DNA of 64,000 nucleotides from Antechinus flavipes. Lineage: Eukaryota. The position numbers were made by a program, and so were the translations under genes. This document shows positions 1-10,929 of this stretch, piece after piece. Position 1 is the first letter of the stretch, and every line of letters starts with the position of its first letter. Under the pieces are notes generated by a model, which did not search any database, had not been told where the DNA came from, and saw nothing but the letters and a program-made list of their open reading frames with translations. Location of the stretch: NCBI RefSeq assembly GCF_016432865.1, contig NC_067400.1, forward strand, positions 580,816,001-580,880,000, written 5' to 3'.

Positions 1-743
1 CTCATGCTTCGGTTCCCTACTTATATTCAGGTTGGTCTTGTTCTCATAGAGGTGAGGGAGGAGGTTCCAGGGCTAGCTAGACCATCCTCCTTTTATGAAG
101 GAAAAAATTAGGGCCCTATAAAGTTATGGAACTTGTCCAAAATCAGAATTAAAGACAGCTACTCCCAGAATGAACAGCTGATGTCCAGAGTTCTTCCCAG
201 CTTACCATATTGCCTTCCCACATTCTCTTTTCTACTGAGAAAAACAGGAACTGCCAACTCTCGACTCCTCTGTCTTTTCAAGTGTAGATAAAATGTTAAA
301 AAGAACAGGTGGCAACTGTGGGGAGAAAGGAAGAGCTGGTGAACACTCAGTTCTATCCCCTGTTAGTTTAATAGAAGTAAGCTGAGGGACATACTCCAAG
401 CAAATCAGTTTAACAGTAACACACACACACGGATATTAACAAAGCTTATCAGGCCATCTCGGAAGGCCAGCTACTTCAGTGACTGGGGGAGACAACTTTA
501 TTGACATGCAGAAAAGAAGACCTAGACACAGAAATTGTTGGTGGCCTCTTCTTTTATTTACATTTAATTTACTAAGCATTTATTAAGTACCTTTTGTGTG
601 CCAGGCCCTGGAGATATAAACCAAAAATAGCTCCCTCCTTCAAAAAGTTTACATTTCACCAAGGCAATATGTACACAGATGGGTAAATATGTCAGAATCA
701 GAACAGGAAGACAGGATTGACAGTGTGATTTCGATTTCCACAG

Positions 744-3700
744 GTACGTGGTCCTGACCAGCAAACATCATGAAGGCTATACACTCTGGCCCAGCAGTAC
801 ATCTTGGAATTGGAATTCTATGGATATAGGGCCCCACCGAGATCTAGTGGGTGAATTGGGAGCTTTCCTCCAACAGAAGTAAGTGTGGTTGATCTTTATT
901 ACCCTTGGACTCCCCTTTGCTGGTATTTAACCACTTGCAGATCTCCTCAGCTTGGCCCCTCCCCTTGGCTTTCCCACATAACTGTGGAATAGTCTCCTTA
1001 TCACTGAGCATTTATTGAAGGCTTCTCAGATCCTACTTTTGAGGACATGTTTGGAGGCATGGTTCTCAATAGTTCTGAAAAAGATTTGGCCATTGCGTAG
1101 ACTGGCAGCTAGGTGATACAGTGAGATACAGTGAATAGTCTGGAGACAAGTCTGAAGTCATCTCTGACCTCAGACACTCCCTAGCTGTGTGACCCAGAGC
1201 AAATTACTCATCCCTCTTTTTTTTTTTTTTTTAATAACTTTTTATTGATAGAACCCATGCCAGAGTAATTTTTTACAGCATTATCCCTTGCACTCACTTC
1301 TGTTCCTATTTTTCCCCTCCCTCCCCCTACCCCCTCCCCCAGATGGCAAGCAGTCCTTTACATGTTGAATAGGTTACAGTATATCCTAGATACAATATAT
1401 GTGTGCAGAACCGAACAGTTCTCTTGTTGCACAGGGAGAATTGGATTCAAAAGGTATAAATAACCCGGGAAGAAAAACAAAATGCAAGCAGTTTATATTC
1501 ATTTCCCAGTGTTCTTTTTTTGGGTGTAGCTGCTTCTGCCCATCTTTGATCAATTGAAACTGAATTAGCTCTCTTTATCGAAGAGATCCACTTCCATCAG
1601 AATACATCCTCAAACAGTATCATTGTTGGGGTATATAATGATCTCCTGGTTCTGCTCATTTCACTTAGTATCAGTTCATGTAAGTCTCGCCAGTCCTCTC
1701 TGTATTCATCCTGCTGGTCATTACTTACAGAACAATAATATTCCATAACGTTCATATGCCACAATTTACTCAACCATTCTCCAATTGATGGGCATCCATT
1801 CATTTTCCAGCTTCTAGCCACTACAAACAGGGCTGCCACAAACATTTTGGCACATATAGGTCCCTTTCCCTTCTTTAGTATCTCTTTGGGGTAACTTATC
1901 CCTCTTTACCTCAGGTTCCTCAGCTGTAGAATGAGCTGGAGAAGGAAATGGCAACCCACTCCAGATCTTTGCCAAGAAAACCATAAATGGGGTCACAAAA
2001 AGTCAGACATTTCTGAAATGACTGAACACTAATAATGCTCACTTGACGTCAGCAGTGTGAAATGGTGGCCAATACAGTTAATGCAGTCTTAAGTGGAATC
2101 GGTTGCCTTCTACAAGATGGGTGACCTCTCCTCAAAGGTCTTTCATCAAAATCCAACTGACCACTTGTTAGCTGTGTAATAGTAGAGTTTCTTGTCCTGA
2201 ATGGCTTGGATTAAAAAATTGCTCAAGTATTCAGTCCTTTGATTCTGCTCAGGCTATCTCCCATCATTAGCCCATCCATTCATGTATTCCTCTCCAAGTT
2301 TTGCCATAATATACCACCCCATTCCTAATACTTCTCATCTTTCTCTTTCTCCTGAACTAAAGAAAAATTAGAATTTGAGTTGGTGGTGGGAACAGGACTT
2401 CCTCCTTCTGAGTTTGAGTAACTGTTCCTAGCAGCATTAGCAACACCCAACTTAAGATCTGGATCTAACATAACACACTGTGGTTTCAGGACCCCTTTAT
2501 ACTCATGACCCCCTCCCCCCCCCCCAAAAAAAAGAGTTTTTGTTTATGTGGATTATTTTGTCTTGTTCGTGAGTTTTATCTAACAGTAGTTATTAAAATA
2601 AAAATTTAAATATCTTGTTGTTATTATGAAAATAGTTTTGCTCTCATGGGACCATATCACCTTACTCCACCTCCAAAAGAGAGGCACTTAGACTTCCTTC
2701 CCCTCTCCTTTGGGGATGGAGTGGGGTGATATGGTCTTATTATTATTTTAATAACTACTGTTATTCCAGTATCTTTGCTAAGAAAACTTCACATTATTGA
2801 ACACAACAAAATTTAAACTTAATGGAGGGCAAGGACCATAAACTCTAGGTCCTTTCAAGATGGATACCCCTCTTAACTGCTGAAAATCATTTGTGAATGA
2901 ACTTTCTTAAAGTATAGAAAGCACTAGAATGAGAGCCTTAGCTGGAAAGGAAAGAAAGACTAGGAATGCAGATGTTTTACAGATTGGAAAAAATATGTGA
3001 CTTGGTAAACTTGCTGTTCAAACTTACTTCCAGAGCACAGGGCTTTTATACTGAGGGGGCAAATATTGCTACTAATGGTATTCTCTAATGATATTTTGAT
3101 ACCTCTATTTCTTTGGTGACATCTTAAAACTCTTGAAATTAATTCTATAAGTATTTGTTACTGATGAATTGAATTCCTGCAGTGAAACTCATTATAGCAA
3201 ATATTTGGGCACTGAAAAAAAAATTGAAATTTATTTTCTATTCTAATCCCCAATTTGTGAGTTCCACACTATGTGATATTAGATCTTTCTATTTTTATTT
3301 TTAAAATAGCCATTTTTAAAAAATTAATCATGAGATAATTTTTGTTTTCTATTTTATCTTTTTAGGAATATCCATTATGGATTGTACCACTCACTCCTGG
3401 AATGGTTTAATCCCTTATATATACTTGACAAGGAAAATAACTTCACAACTCAGAATTTTGTCCAAACCAAGATCCTGCCGGAAATGGTTGATCTTGTGAA
3501 CAGGTAAGAACCTCTCTGACCTTCAGTTTTTATTCTCTCTAAAATTGGATTGATACATTTATATTACATTTCCCATCTTGTGGGACTTTATAACTTGATA
3601 GGGCTAAAGAAATGTGGAGTGCAAACAGTTGTTGGGTTTTTTGGTTGTTTTTTGTTTTTGTTGTTGTTGTTGCTTCAAAAATATATTCTTAGGAAACAGT

Positions 3701-6700
3701 CCACTGAGCTCCAAGAATAACCTTATTAAGAGATAAAGTCAAGGTCCTCCTATACTTTCAAGAGAGCAATAGATTATAAACTATAAAGTGAAGGGCTAGA
3801 GTAAGCCAGCTAACACTATTCTGGAAATGGGTTCAGGAAGTAGCATTCTGTAATTTCAAAGCATGCACGTGCACGCGCACACACACACATACACACTCCT
3901 ATTTTGACAACTATATAATTCCATTGGTGTATTGATCTGTCAGGGAAGAGCTTGTTTCCCAAGACAGATCACATCTTCTTAGAGAGTGTCAGGATCCTCA
4001 GAGTTGAAGCAGCTGAATAAGTCCACATAGCCAGTTTGGTCCAGGGTCAGGACTTGAACCCAGATCTTCCTGACTCCAAGGGAACTCTCTGATCACTGCT
4101 CCATACTGCTATTCTGCAAGGGCCATTTTTAACATCTATGGTTTTAACACTGTGAGGCAAGGAGAATAGTTTAGTCCCAGTGTTTTAGATGAGAGAAGTA
4201 AGGTTCAAATAGTAAAATTTCTGTGTTTTTCCCCTCATGTTAATGGGATCTGAGCTCCCAAGAATAGGGAAGTAATAATCCTGCTGTGTGGTCCTCTCCA
4301 GAACCATTGGGAAGATCCTCTTCAGTTCTGGACAACTTGGCTTTAAAAAAAAAAGGGACAAGGATAAGCCAAGAGGAAGATAGCTAGGATAATGTGCATC
4401 CCTGTTTTATTAAAAGCAGAGAAGGAATAGAATTTGTTTGCTTTACTTAGTAGAATATATTCTTAAATTGCAAAATTTCTTGCCTGAGGTTACATGATTT
4501 TCCATAAGAGCTTCCATAAGAACTGGACCTGGGTGTTTTGCCTGCTATTCCAATGCTAGGTCCCCTAGACCCCACTGTTCCTCCAGATTGTAAAGTCTCC
4601 TCCAGCATATCCTTCCATGTGTCTTTCAGGTATCAACCTGATCTGATCTGGTCTGATGGAGATTGGGAAGCCCCTGACACTTACTGGAATTCCACAGAGT
4701 TCCTCGCCTGGCTGTACAATGACAGCCCTGTGAAGGTCAGTGACTGGTTAATGACTGGTTGTGACAGCAGAAGGTTGAGTGAGCTAGGGACTGGAACCAA
4801 TCCTATCCTTCCTTCTCCTCCATGACTGGTCAAGAGAGAAAAAAATTCTGGAGGGGAACTAAGGAAACTTGGAGGAAGGCAGGATGTAGCATGCTACTAT
4901 AGGATGTTTTGTGGGACTGGAGGAAGTGTAAGAAATTCAAGTTCCTATACATTCACACAACTTGGCAATGTTGAAAAGAATTGTTCCGTAACATGGAGTC
5001 TCAAGTGACACACAGAATAGCCCTTGATTACTGGTTGTGCCAAGAACTAATAATATAAATTTCATTAAAGCCGGTGATGTAGTGCCTACTATATGCATAC
5101 TCTATTGATAAGATAGTCTAATAAGAAAATAAATTACATGCAGACAATTATAATATAAGATGGTATATGTGATCATGCATGGAATGGGTTCCAACAGGTT
5201 TAGAAGAAAGCTAGGAAGGACAGCTAACACACTGGATGACCAGATCCAAAAGGAGCTTGATAAAACTAAAGCACTGGACTAAATCTAACAAGATGAAATG
5301 AATACGGATGAATATCAAGTCTTCACTTGGGTACAAAATGTTGTCTTCACCAGTGTAAGATGGGGAAGGGATTGCGGAAGGGGATGAACAAACAACAGTT
5401 GTTCAGAAAAGGACCTACAGATCTCTTTGTTATTCTGTGTTTTTTCCCTCAATAGAATTTTATTTTTCCAAATACATGTAAACATAGTTTTCAATATTCA
5501 TTTTTGTTAGATTTTTTTTGTTCCATAATTTTTCCCCATGTCCCTTATCTCCCCCTCCCCAATAAAGCAAGCAATCTGATACAGGTTATACATATTTCCA
5601 GATTTGTCGTGTTATACAAGAAAAATCAGACCAAAAGGGGAAAAAAACCACAAGAAAGAAAAAGCAAACAAACCAAAAAAAAAAAAAAAAAAAAAGGTGA
5701 AAATTCTATGCTTTATTCCACATTCAATCTCCATAGTTCTCTCTCTGGAGGCAAAAGGCATTTTTCATCTCAAATCTTTTGGAACTGTCTTGGATCACTG
5801 CATTGCCGAGGACTAAGTCTATAATAATTGAGCATCATATAATATTATTTTTGCTGTGTATGATGTTCTCCTGGTTTTGCTCACTTCACTCAGCATTGGT
5901 TCATATAAGGGGACCTGCAGATTTCAGGAGACCCTCAGTTTCACACGAGTCAGCAATGTGATTTGAGAGCAAAAAAAAAAGAATGTTAATGGGATCTTGG
6001 GCTGCCAAGCCTAATGTTAATGGGATCTGAGCTCCCAAGAATAGGGAAGTAATAATCCTGCTGTGTGGTCCTCTCCAGAACCATTGGGAAGATCCTCTTC
6101 AGTTCTGGACAACTTGGCTTAAAAAAAAAAGGGACAAGGATAAGCCAAGAGGAAGATAGCTAGGATAATGGGGCTGTGCATCCCTGTTTTATTAAAAGCA
6201 GAGAAGGAATAGAATTTGTTTGCTTTACTTAGCAGAATATATTCTTAAATTGCAAAATCAATTAAGAACAACCAGTAAATTTGCTTTTGCAATTCTATAG
6301 CCTTAGGAATCCATGGGGCTTCATCCATAGTGAATCAATCCTTCTATTCTTCATTATTTAGGATCAAATTGTGGTTAATGATCGATGGGGCATAAACACT
6401 GGGTGTAAACACGGAGGCTACATTAACTGTAAGGACAAATACAGGCCAACGACTATTCCAAAACGCAAGTGGGAGATGTGTACCACCCTTGATAAAAAAT
6501 CCTGGGGGTATCGGCGAGACATGGACAGCAGTGACGTTATGACTGATTCAGAAATCATCCTGGTAAGATCTACTTTAGTTTTGGTCTCCTAAACCAGGGT
6601 GGAGAGAGGGATAACGCAGCTACAGGATCTGTTCCATAGGTTTTCTTTCTCATCTGTACACTTAGAAGACTGGACTAGCTCATCTCTGAGGTGTCTGACA

Positions 6701-9700
6701 TTCTCTGTTGAAAGAGTATTCAACCTAGCTCTGAAATTGCAAGTTCTAAGAACTCTTCTTGTTCTGAAATTCTTTGTTCCAACTCTGAAATTTTGTGTTC
6801 CTACTCAGAAATTTGGGGTTCTAAGAGTCTTCTTTCCCAGCTCTAATACCATCTTCTCCATGGAGCCTTTCCTGATCCCTGTGCCCTCCTGTCCAAATCC
6901 TGTTGTTTATCTTTATATTCATTCCTATTTATTAATGAATTCATTACATAATGAATTCATATAATTCATTCATACTTATTAATGAATAAGTATATTCATT
7001 ACTTACTGTTATTTAATAGGTGAAAACACTTGATTATTTCTTTCTTTCTTCATTCCAGGAACTAATTTTTGTTGTAAGCTTTGGAGGCAACTATCTGCTC
7101 AATGTTGGGCCAACAAAAGATGGGATTATTCCTCCCATCTTCCAAGAAAGGCTTCTTTCTTTGGGGAGCTGGCTGAGCATCAATGGGGAGGGGATCTATG
7201 CTTCTAAGCCATGGAGGGTACAAATGGAGAATACCACCATTCCCATGTGGTAAGTTGCCTTCCTCTGCATTTGGAGGTCTCTAGATTTTCTTGTCCCATC
7301 CCACATGAAGATCTCTGTTGTATCTAAATGTGGCTTACTGTATACCACATGTCCAGCAGAGCCCATCTGTGTTCCTTTCTATGCTGAGCCTAGCAATCTG
7401 CAGATGTCTCTGATTTCTCTTAGGTTAAACCCTTCTGTCTGGAGATTCAGCAAATTAATGATCTTTGGCTCTGCTCGGAAACCCTTAGTCGCCTTTGTAC
7501 TGTGGACAGTTTTGGCCATCCAGTGAAATCTGTGGACCCCTTCCAAAAACAGTGCAGAAAATGTATAACAATGCACATTTTGATATGCATTTTATTAAAT
7601 GCATAACAAGATACCAGGAATTACATAGGAATCCAATTATGTTATAATAGGCATACCTTTTATTCCTGTGAGTTTCCATATCCCTTGCAATCATTTCACA
7701 GAGGTACCTGGATCCCAGGTTCAGAGCTCCTGCTCTAACATACGCCTTGATCAAATTTGTCCTAGGTGAGTGACAACCCCAGCCAGCGACTATAATCCTA
7801 GACATATGTCAGAAGCAGGGGGATGTGGAGGAAGAGTACGCCAGGCTGAAAGTCAAGAGGTCTGGGGATTTGAGGTCAGCTTTGCCCTAACTCTACAAAA
7901 ACTGTATAAAGAGGAGGGAGAGGAGGAGGAATGAGGATGAAGGCAAGTGACTTAAACAGTCTCCAAGGCTCCATTAGTCTCCAGTCTAAAAGTCCCAGGA
8001 CCTTCATCACTTCCAGTCACATTAGGCTTTTGGAGAGCATCTTTGGCTCAAGGGGAAATTGTGAACCAAGAGCTATTCTTGGCCTTCTCTAAATTGTCAT
8101 TGGATGAGATGAGGTGCCCTTGGTCAGGGACTCTGCTTTCAGCTGCTCTTTTCCCATGAGGAGACAAGTGCTCAAAGCAATTCATGGAGAAGAACATGGG
8201 AGTAAAGTTGGAAAGATGACAATGATTTCTGACACTTACACCATGCTTTAATCCCTTGCCCTTCTATAGGATGGATGGATAATAAAAAGAATCATCTCCA
8301 TTTTCAGAATGAAGAAACTGAGACTCAAAGGGGCTTGAATCCCTATCTGACCCCATATCTTTCCCTCTTCCAACTCACACCCATTTATTGTTTTTAATCT
8401 ACAAAAAAATCTTTTGTCCAAATAGATCTTATGCCATGCTTCTACAGGCTTCCCCCTCTACCTCCCCACCTCCCCCCCAGATGATTGGGTTATTTGGTGA
8501 AATAGTGCTCTCATTCATTGCTGTGGAACAGGATGAAATGCTGGCTCTGGAATCACAACACTCCCTAGGTTGAGATCCCACCTGGAACTTATGATCCAGG
8601 CAGCCTTTGGCAAATCCCAACTCCCTGCTTCCTTTTCCTCTGTCAAATGCCTCTGAAGCCCTTTGCAGCTCTCTCTCTAGGATCACAGGGTGTTCTGTCA
8701 AGTGACAGCAAATCCTTGCAGAGTGTCCACCTTATTTTTACCTGCTGAAGTGGCCAGGTAAATTGCTTGAGAAGGAAGGGCCATGTTTAAAAAGGAAAGT
8801 GGAAGAAGAATGTTACCAGCTCCTAAATTCAAAAGGATTTCCCAGGTTCTAAGAATGAGACAGGAACTCTGAGTCCAAGTCATGGACTCAGCCATGGACT
8901 TTTGAGAGGCCATTCTGTGCTTTGTGGATGTTTTGTTGAAAGGTAAAGGCTTCTGTTTGGCTGTCTTCTGCAGGTTCACCCTAAAGCAATCCGTCGTGTA
9001 CGTCTTCTACAGTGATTGGCCACAGGAAGGAATGCTCCTGCTAACCTCTCCTGTCCCAACAAATGTCACAAGAGTAAGTAGGGTAACCGGTGTCGTAAAA
9101 AGAGCTCTCTGGCCTTAGCACCATTTGTAACACTGGAAAGTCCTGTGGAACAAAGCTGTCAGATTCATGGGGCTGCCTGCAGTGAATAAAAAGACAGTAA
9201 AACAAAGATAATCTATATCTGTGGCTTTCTAAATCAATATGCAGCCCCCAGAGATCAGTTTGAGTCTGACACCACTGCTCTAGAGCCCCTTCCCTGGAAT
9301 TTTCTCCTATTTCCTAGGATTTTCTCCTATTTCCCATTATGGTTCTTAGTTTACTGGGATGGAAAGAACTCTTCCCCCTAGGAGGCTCCTACATGGTGTA
9401 ATAGGTGGAGAATCAGACTTATGAGTCAGAAAGATCTGTGTGTGAATCTTGCCTGCGCACTTCATGACTGTGTAAGCTTGGGCAAGTCACTAACCCTCTG
9501 TCAGCCTCAGTTTCCTCTTGTGAAATATAGAATAATACAACATTTTCTCAAAATTGTTCTGAGGATCAAGCAAGATAACATCACTTGTAGCTATTATCTT
9601 TTTAGTTAGTACATTCTTGTGTGCAGATGATTTTAATTCTTGAATCAGCCATGAATTTCCCATGCAGCCTGCAGGCAGATGACTACCCCTTTCAGAGGCT

Positions 9701-9968
9701 CACTCTCCTTACCTGTCTGAGAAGGAGAACAGACCAGATCATGTCAAATATCCCTTGCTGCTGTTTCAGAGCCTTAGAGCCGGTCACATATAAAGTCATG
9801 GCTTGTCTTCTTTCCCTTTATTTCTAGGTGAGTATGCTGGGTGTCCCAGGGTTTCTGAAGTGGTCTCAAGCCTCGGTGGATCAAGGCCTCTTGGTTTACC
9901 TGCCCCAGCTGTCTCCAGATATTCTAAAGATGAAAGTTTGGACCCTCAAACTAGAGGAAGTCAAGTGA
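744..9968 (+). CDS. FUCA1: Lysosomal alpha-L-fucosidase (GH29), exons 2-8; 5'-partial because exon 1 is upstream of the window
   Basis: Coding exons 744-878 ([28 protein letters not shown]), 3366-3503 ([15 protein letters not shown]), 4630-4735 ([12 protein letters not shown], catalytic nucleophile Asp), 6362-6562 (VNDRWG..NCKDKY..KWEMC), 7059-7249 ([14 protein letters not shown]), 8974-9073, 9828-9968 (..WTLKLEEVK*). All introns GT-AG with consistent phases. Sizes 135/138/106/201/191/100/141 match human FUCA1 as recalled. Adjacent to HMGCL as in human. Confidence 0.96.
1220..1893 (-). mobile_element. 5'-truncated L1 inserted into a CORE/MAR1-type SINE
   Basis: Poly-T, L1 3'UTR and the ORF2 C-terminus ([26 protein letters not shown]). 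TSD ACTCATCCCTCTTT (1206-1219) / ACTTATCCCTCTTT (1894-1907). SINE halves lie on both sides. Confidence 0.9.
1908..2030 (+). mobile_element. 3' half of a MAR1-like SINE with RTE/BovB-like tail
   Basis: GGAGAAGGAAATGGCAACCCACTCCAG..TTTGCCAAGAAAACC tail motif, also seen near 11700 and 48435. Confidence 0.7.
4237..4476 (+). repeat. Duplicated 240-bp segment (copy in FUCA1 intron 3)
   Basis: Identical to 6014-6258 except for one substitution, a 1-bp indel and a 6-bp indel. Confidence 0.95.
5421..5908 (-). mobile_element. L1 3' fragment interrupting a CR1/L3 remnant
   Basis: Typical marsupial L1 3'UTR (aaagcaagcaatctgatacagg..gaaaaatcagacc). Boundaries approximate. Confidence 0.75.
6014..6258 (+). 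repeat. Duplicated 245-bp segment (copy in FUCA1 intron 4, within a CR1/L3 remnant)
   Basis: Matches 4237-4476. Continuous with CR1/L3-like sequence from about 5200 (gagtcagcaatgtgat..gggatcttgggctgc). Confidence 0.95.
7470..7735. mobile_element. Old hAT-Charlie/MER5-like DNA transposon remnant
   Basis: Resembles the MER5A/Charlie1 internal pattern (tggacccc..taaatgcataa..ggaattac..ccaatt). Ends degraded. Confidence 0.45.
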
Positions 9969-10042
9969 GCCATTGTGTCCACGCCACACCAGTGCCCAAG
10001 ACTATACTATTTTGAGTTTTGCTTCTAAGATCTGATCATTGC

Positions 10043-10048
10043 AATAAA
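10043..10048 (+). terminator. Proximal polyadenylation signal of FUCA1
   Basis: AATAAA 75 nt after the stop codon. Confidence 0.55.
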
Positions 10049-10923
10049 TTAATTACACTCTTCCTTTGCCCAAGGTGGCATTTTCTGATCCATCTTAATC
10101 AAAGGACAATGTTCCCAATAGGTACCTCTCATTTATAAGCCTTAACTTCCCTTCATGAAAGAAAGGCCTTCCCCATCCTTACACACGTGGTTACCACCAA
10201 ATTATTTAGGGGAGCTTTTCCTCAGCCCCTCCCCTTCTCTGTGTTCTAGTTAAAGAAACTTCTTCAAGGGGAAGCAGGAGTCTGCAGAAGTGGGTATCCC
10301 AGTAAAACGTAGCACTGAATGAGCGGGGTTTTATCTAGGGGGCCATGTTGGACACTCTAGGAGTTTGTGAATTGAGCAGCACCTCTCACCAAGAAGGGGA
10401 CGGCATCTGTTCTGTCCCAGCTTTACTTCTTAGACTTACAGCAACCCCCAATGATGGCAGCATTAGAGAGCTCCAGGTGTAATTCTAAACAATGGATGGA
10501 AATGGAGCTGGTCGGCAGCTCCATCCCGAGATATGCAGCTGTGTCAGAAGAGTGGCCCTGTGGGTGCTGGGAACTGTCCCTCTCTGTAGAGCCAGTGCTA
10601 TGTCAAAGACCAAATCTGCCCACGTAGAGGACTAGAGCAGGATAGTCTCTGGTTCTTGCTTCTCCAGCCTGACAGACCCATGGAACAAACCTAGAGGGAT
10701 CCTTGCTGCCTTGAGGTAGGGAGGACAATGGGAAAGGACACTTGGTGACACCCATAGGATGGATGGTTTGCTTTTGTTTGCATTCTAATCTGAAATGTCA
10801 TAAATGGAACCGTGTCACTTGTGGTTAAATTCCATTTCAAAATGTGCAATTAAAGAACAAATGATACAATTTTAGGTTTCTATCCTGTGCCTCTTTGTAT
10901 GTGAATGTTTTGACAACTGAAAA

Positions 10924-10929
10924 AATAAA
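10924..10929 (+). terminator. Candidate distal polyadenylation signal of FUCA1
   Basis: AATAAA in an AT-rich, UTR-like stretch, followed by GT-rich sequence (gatgttgtgctgttcgttctgt). Confidence 0.45.

Noticed and set aside
1597-1845. 82-aa and similar (31218-31409) minus-strand ORFs
   Set aside because: Dead C-terminal fragments of L1 ORF2.
744-9968. Assignment to FUCA2 instead of FUCA1
   Set aside because: A few residues are FUCA2-like (TSKHHEG, TLW), but the exon sizes, the KWEMC/WGYRRDM motifs and synteny with HMGCL fit FUCA1.
10502-10524. Perfect 9-bp hairpin ATGGAGCTG-gtcgg-CAGCTCCAT in the FUCA1 downstream/UTR region
   Set aside because: A 9-bp stem with a short loop is expected by chance roughly once in a window this size. 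It is too short for a pre-miRNA and matches no known element that I recognise.
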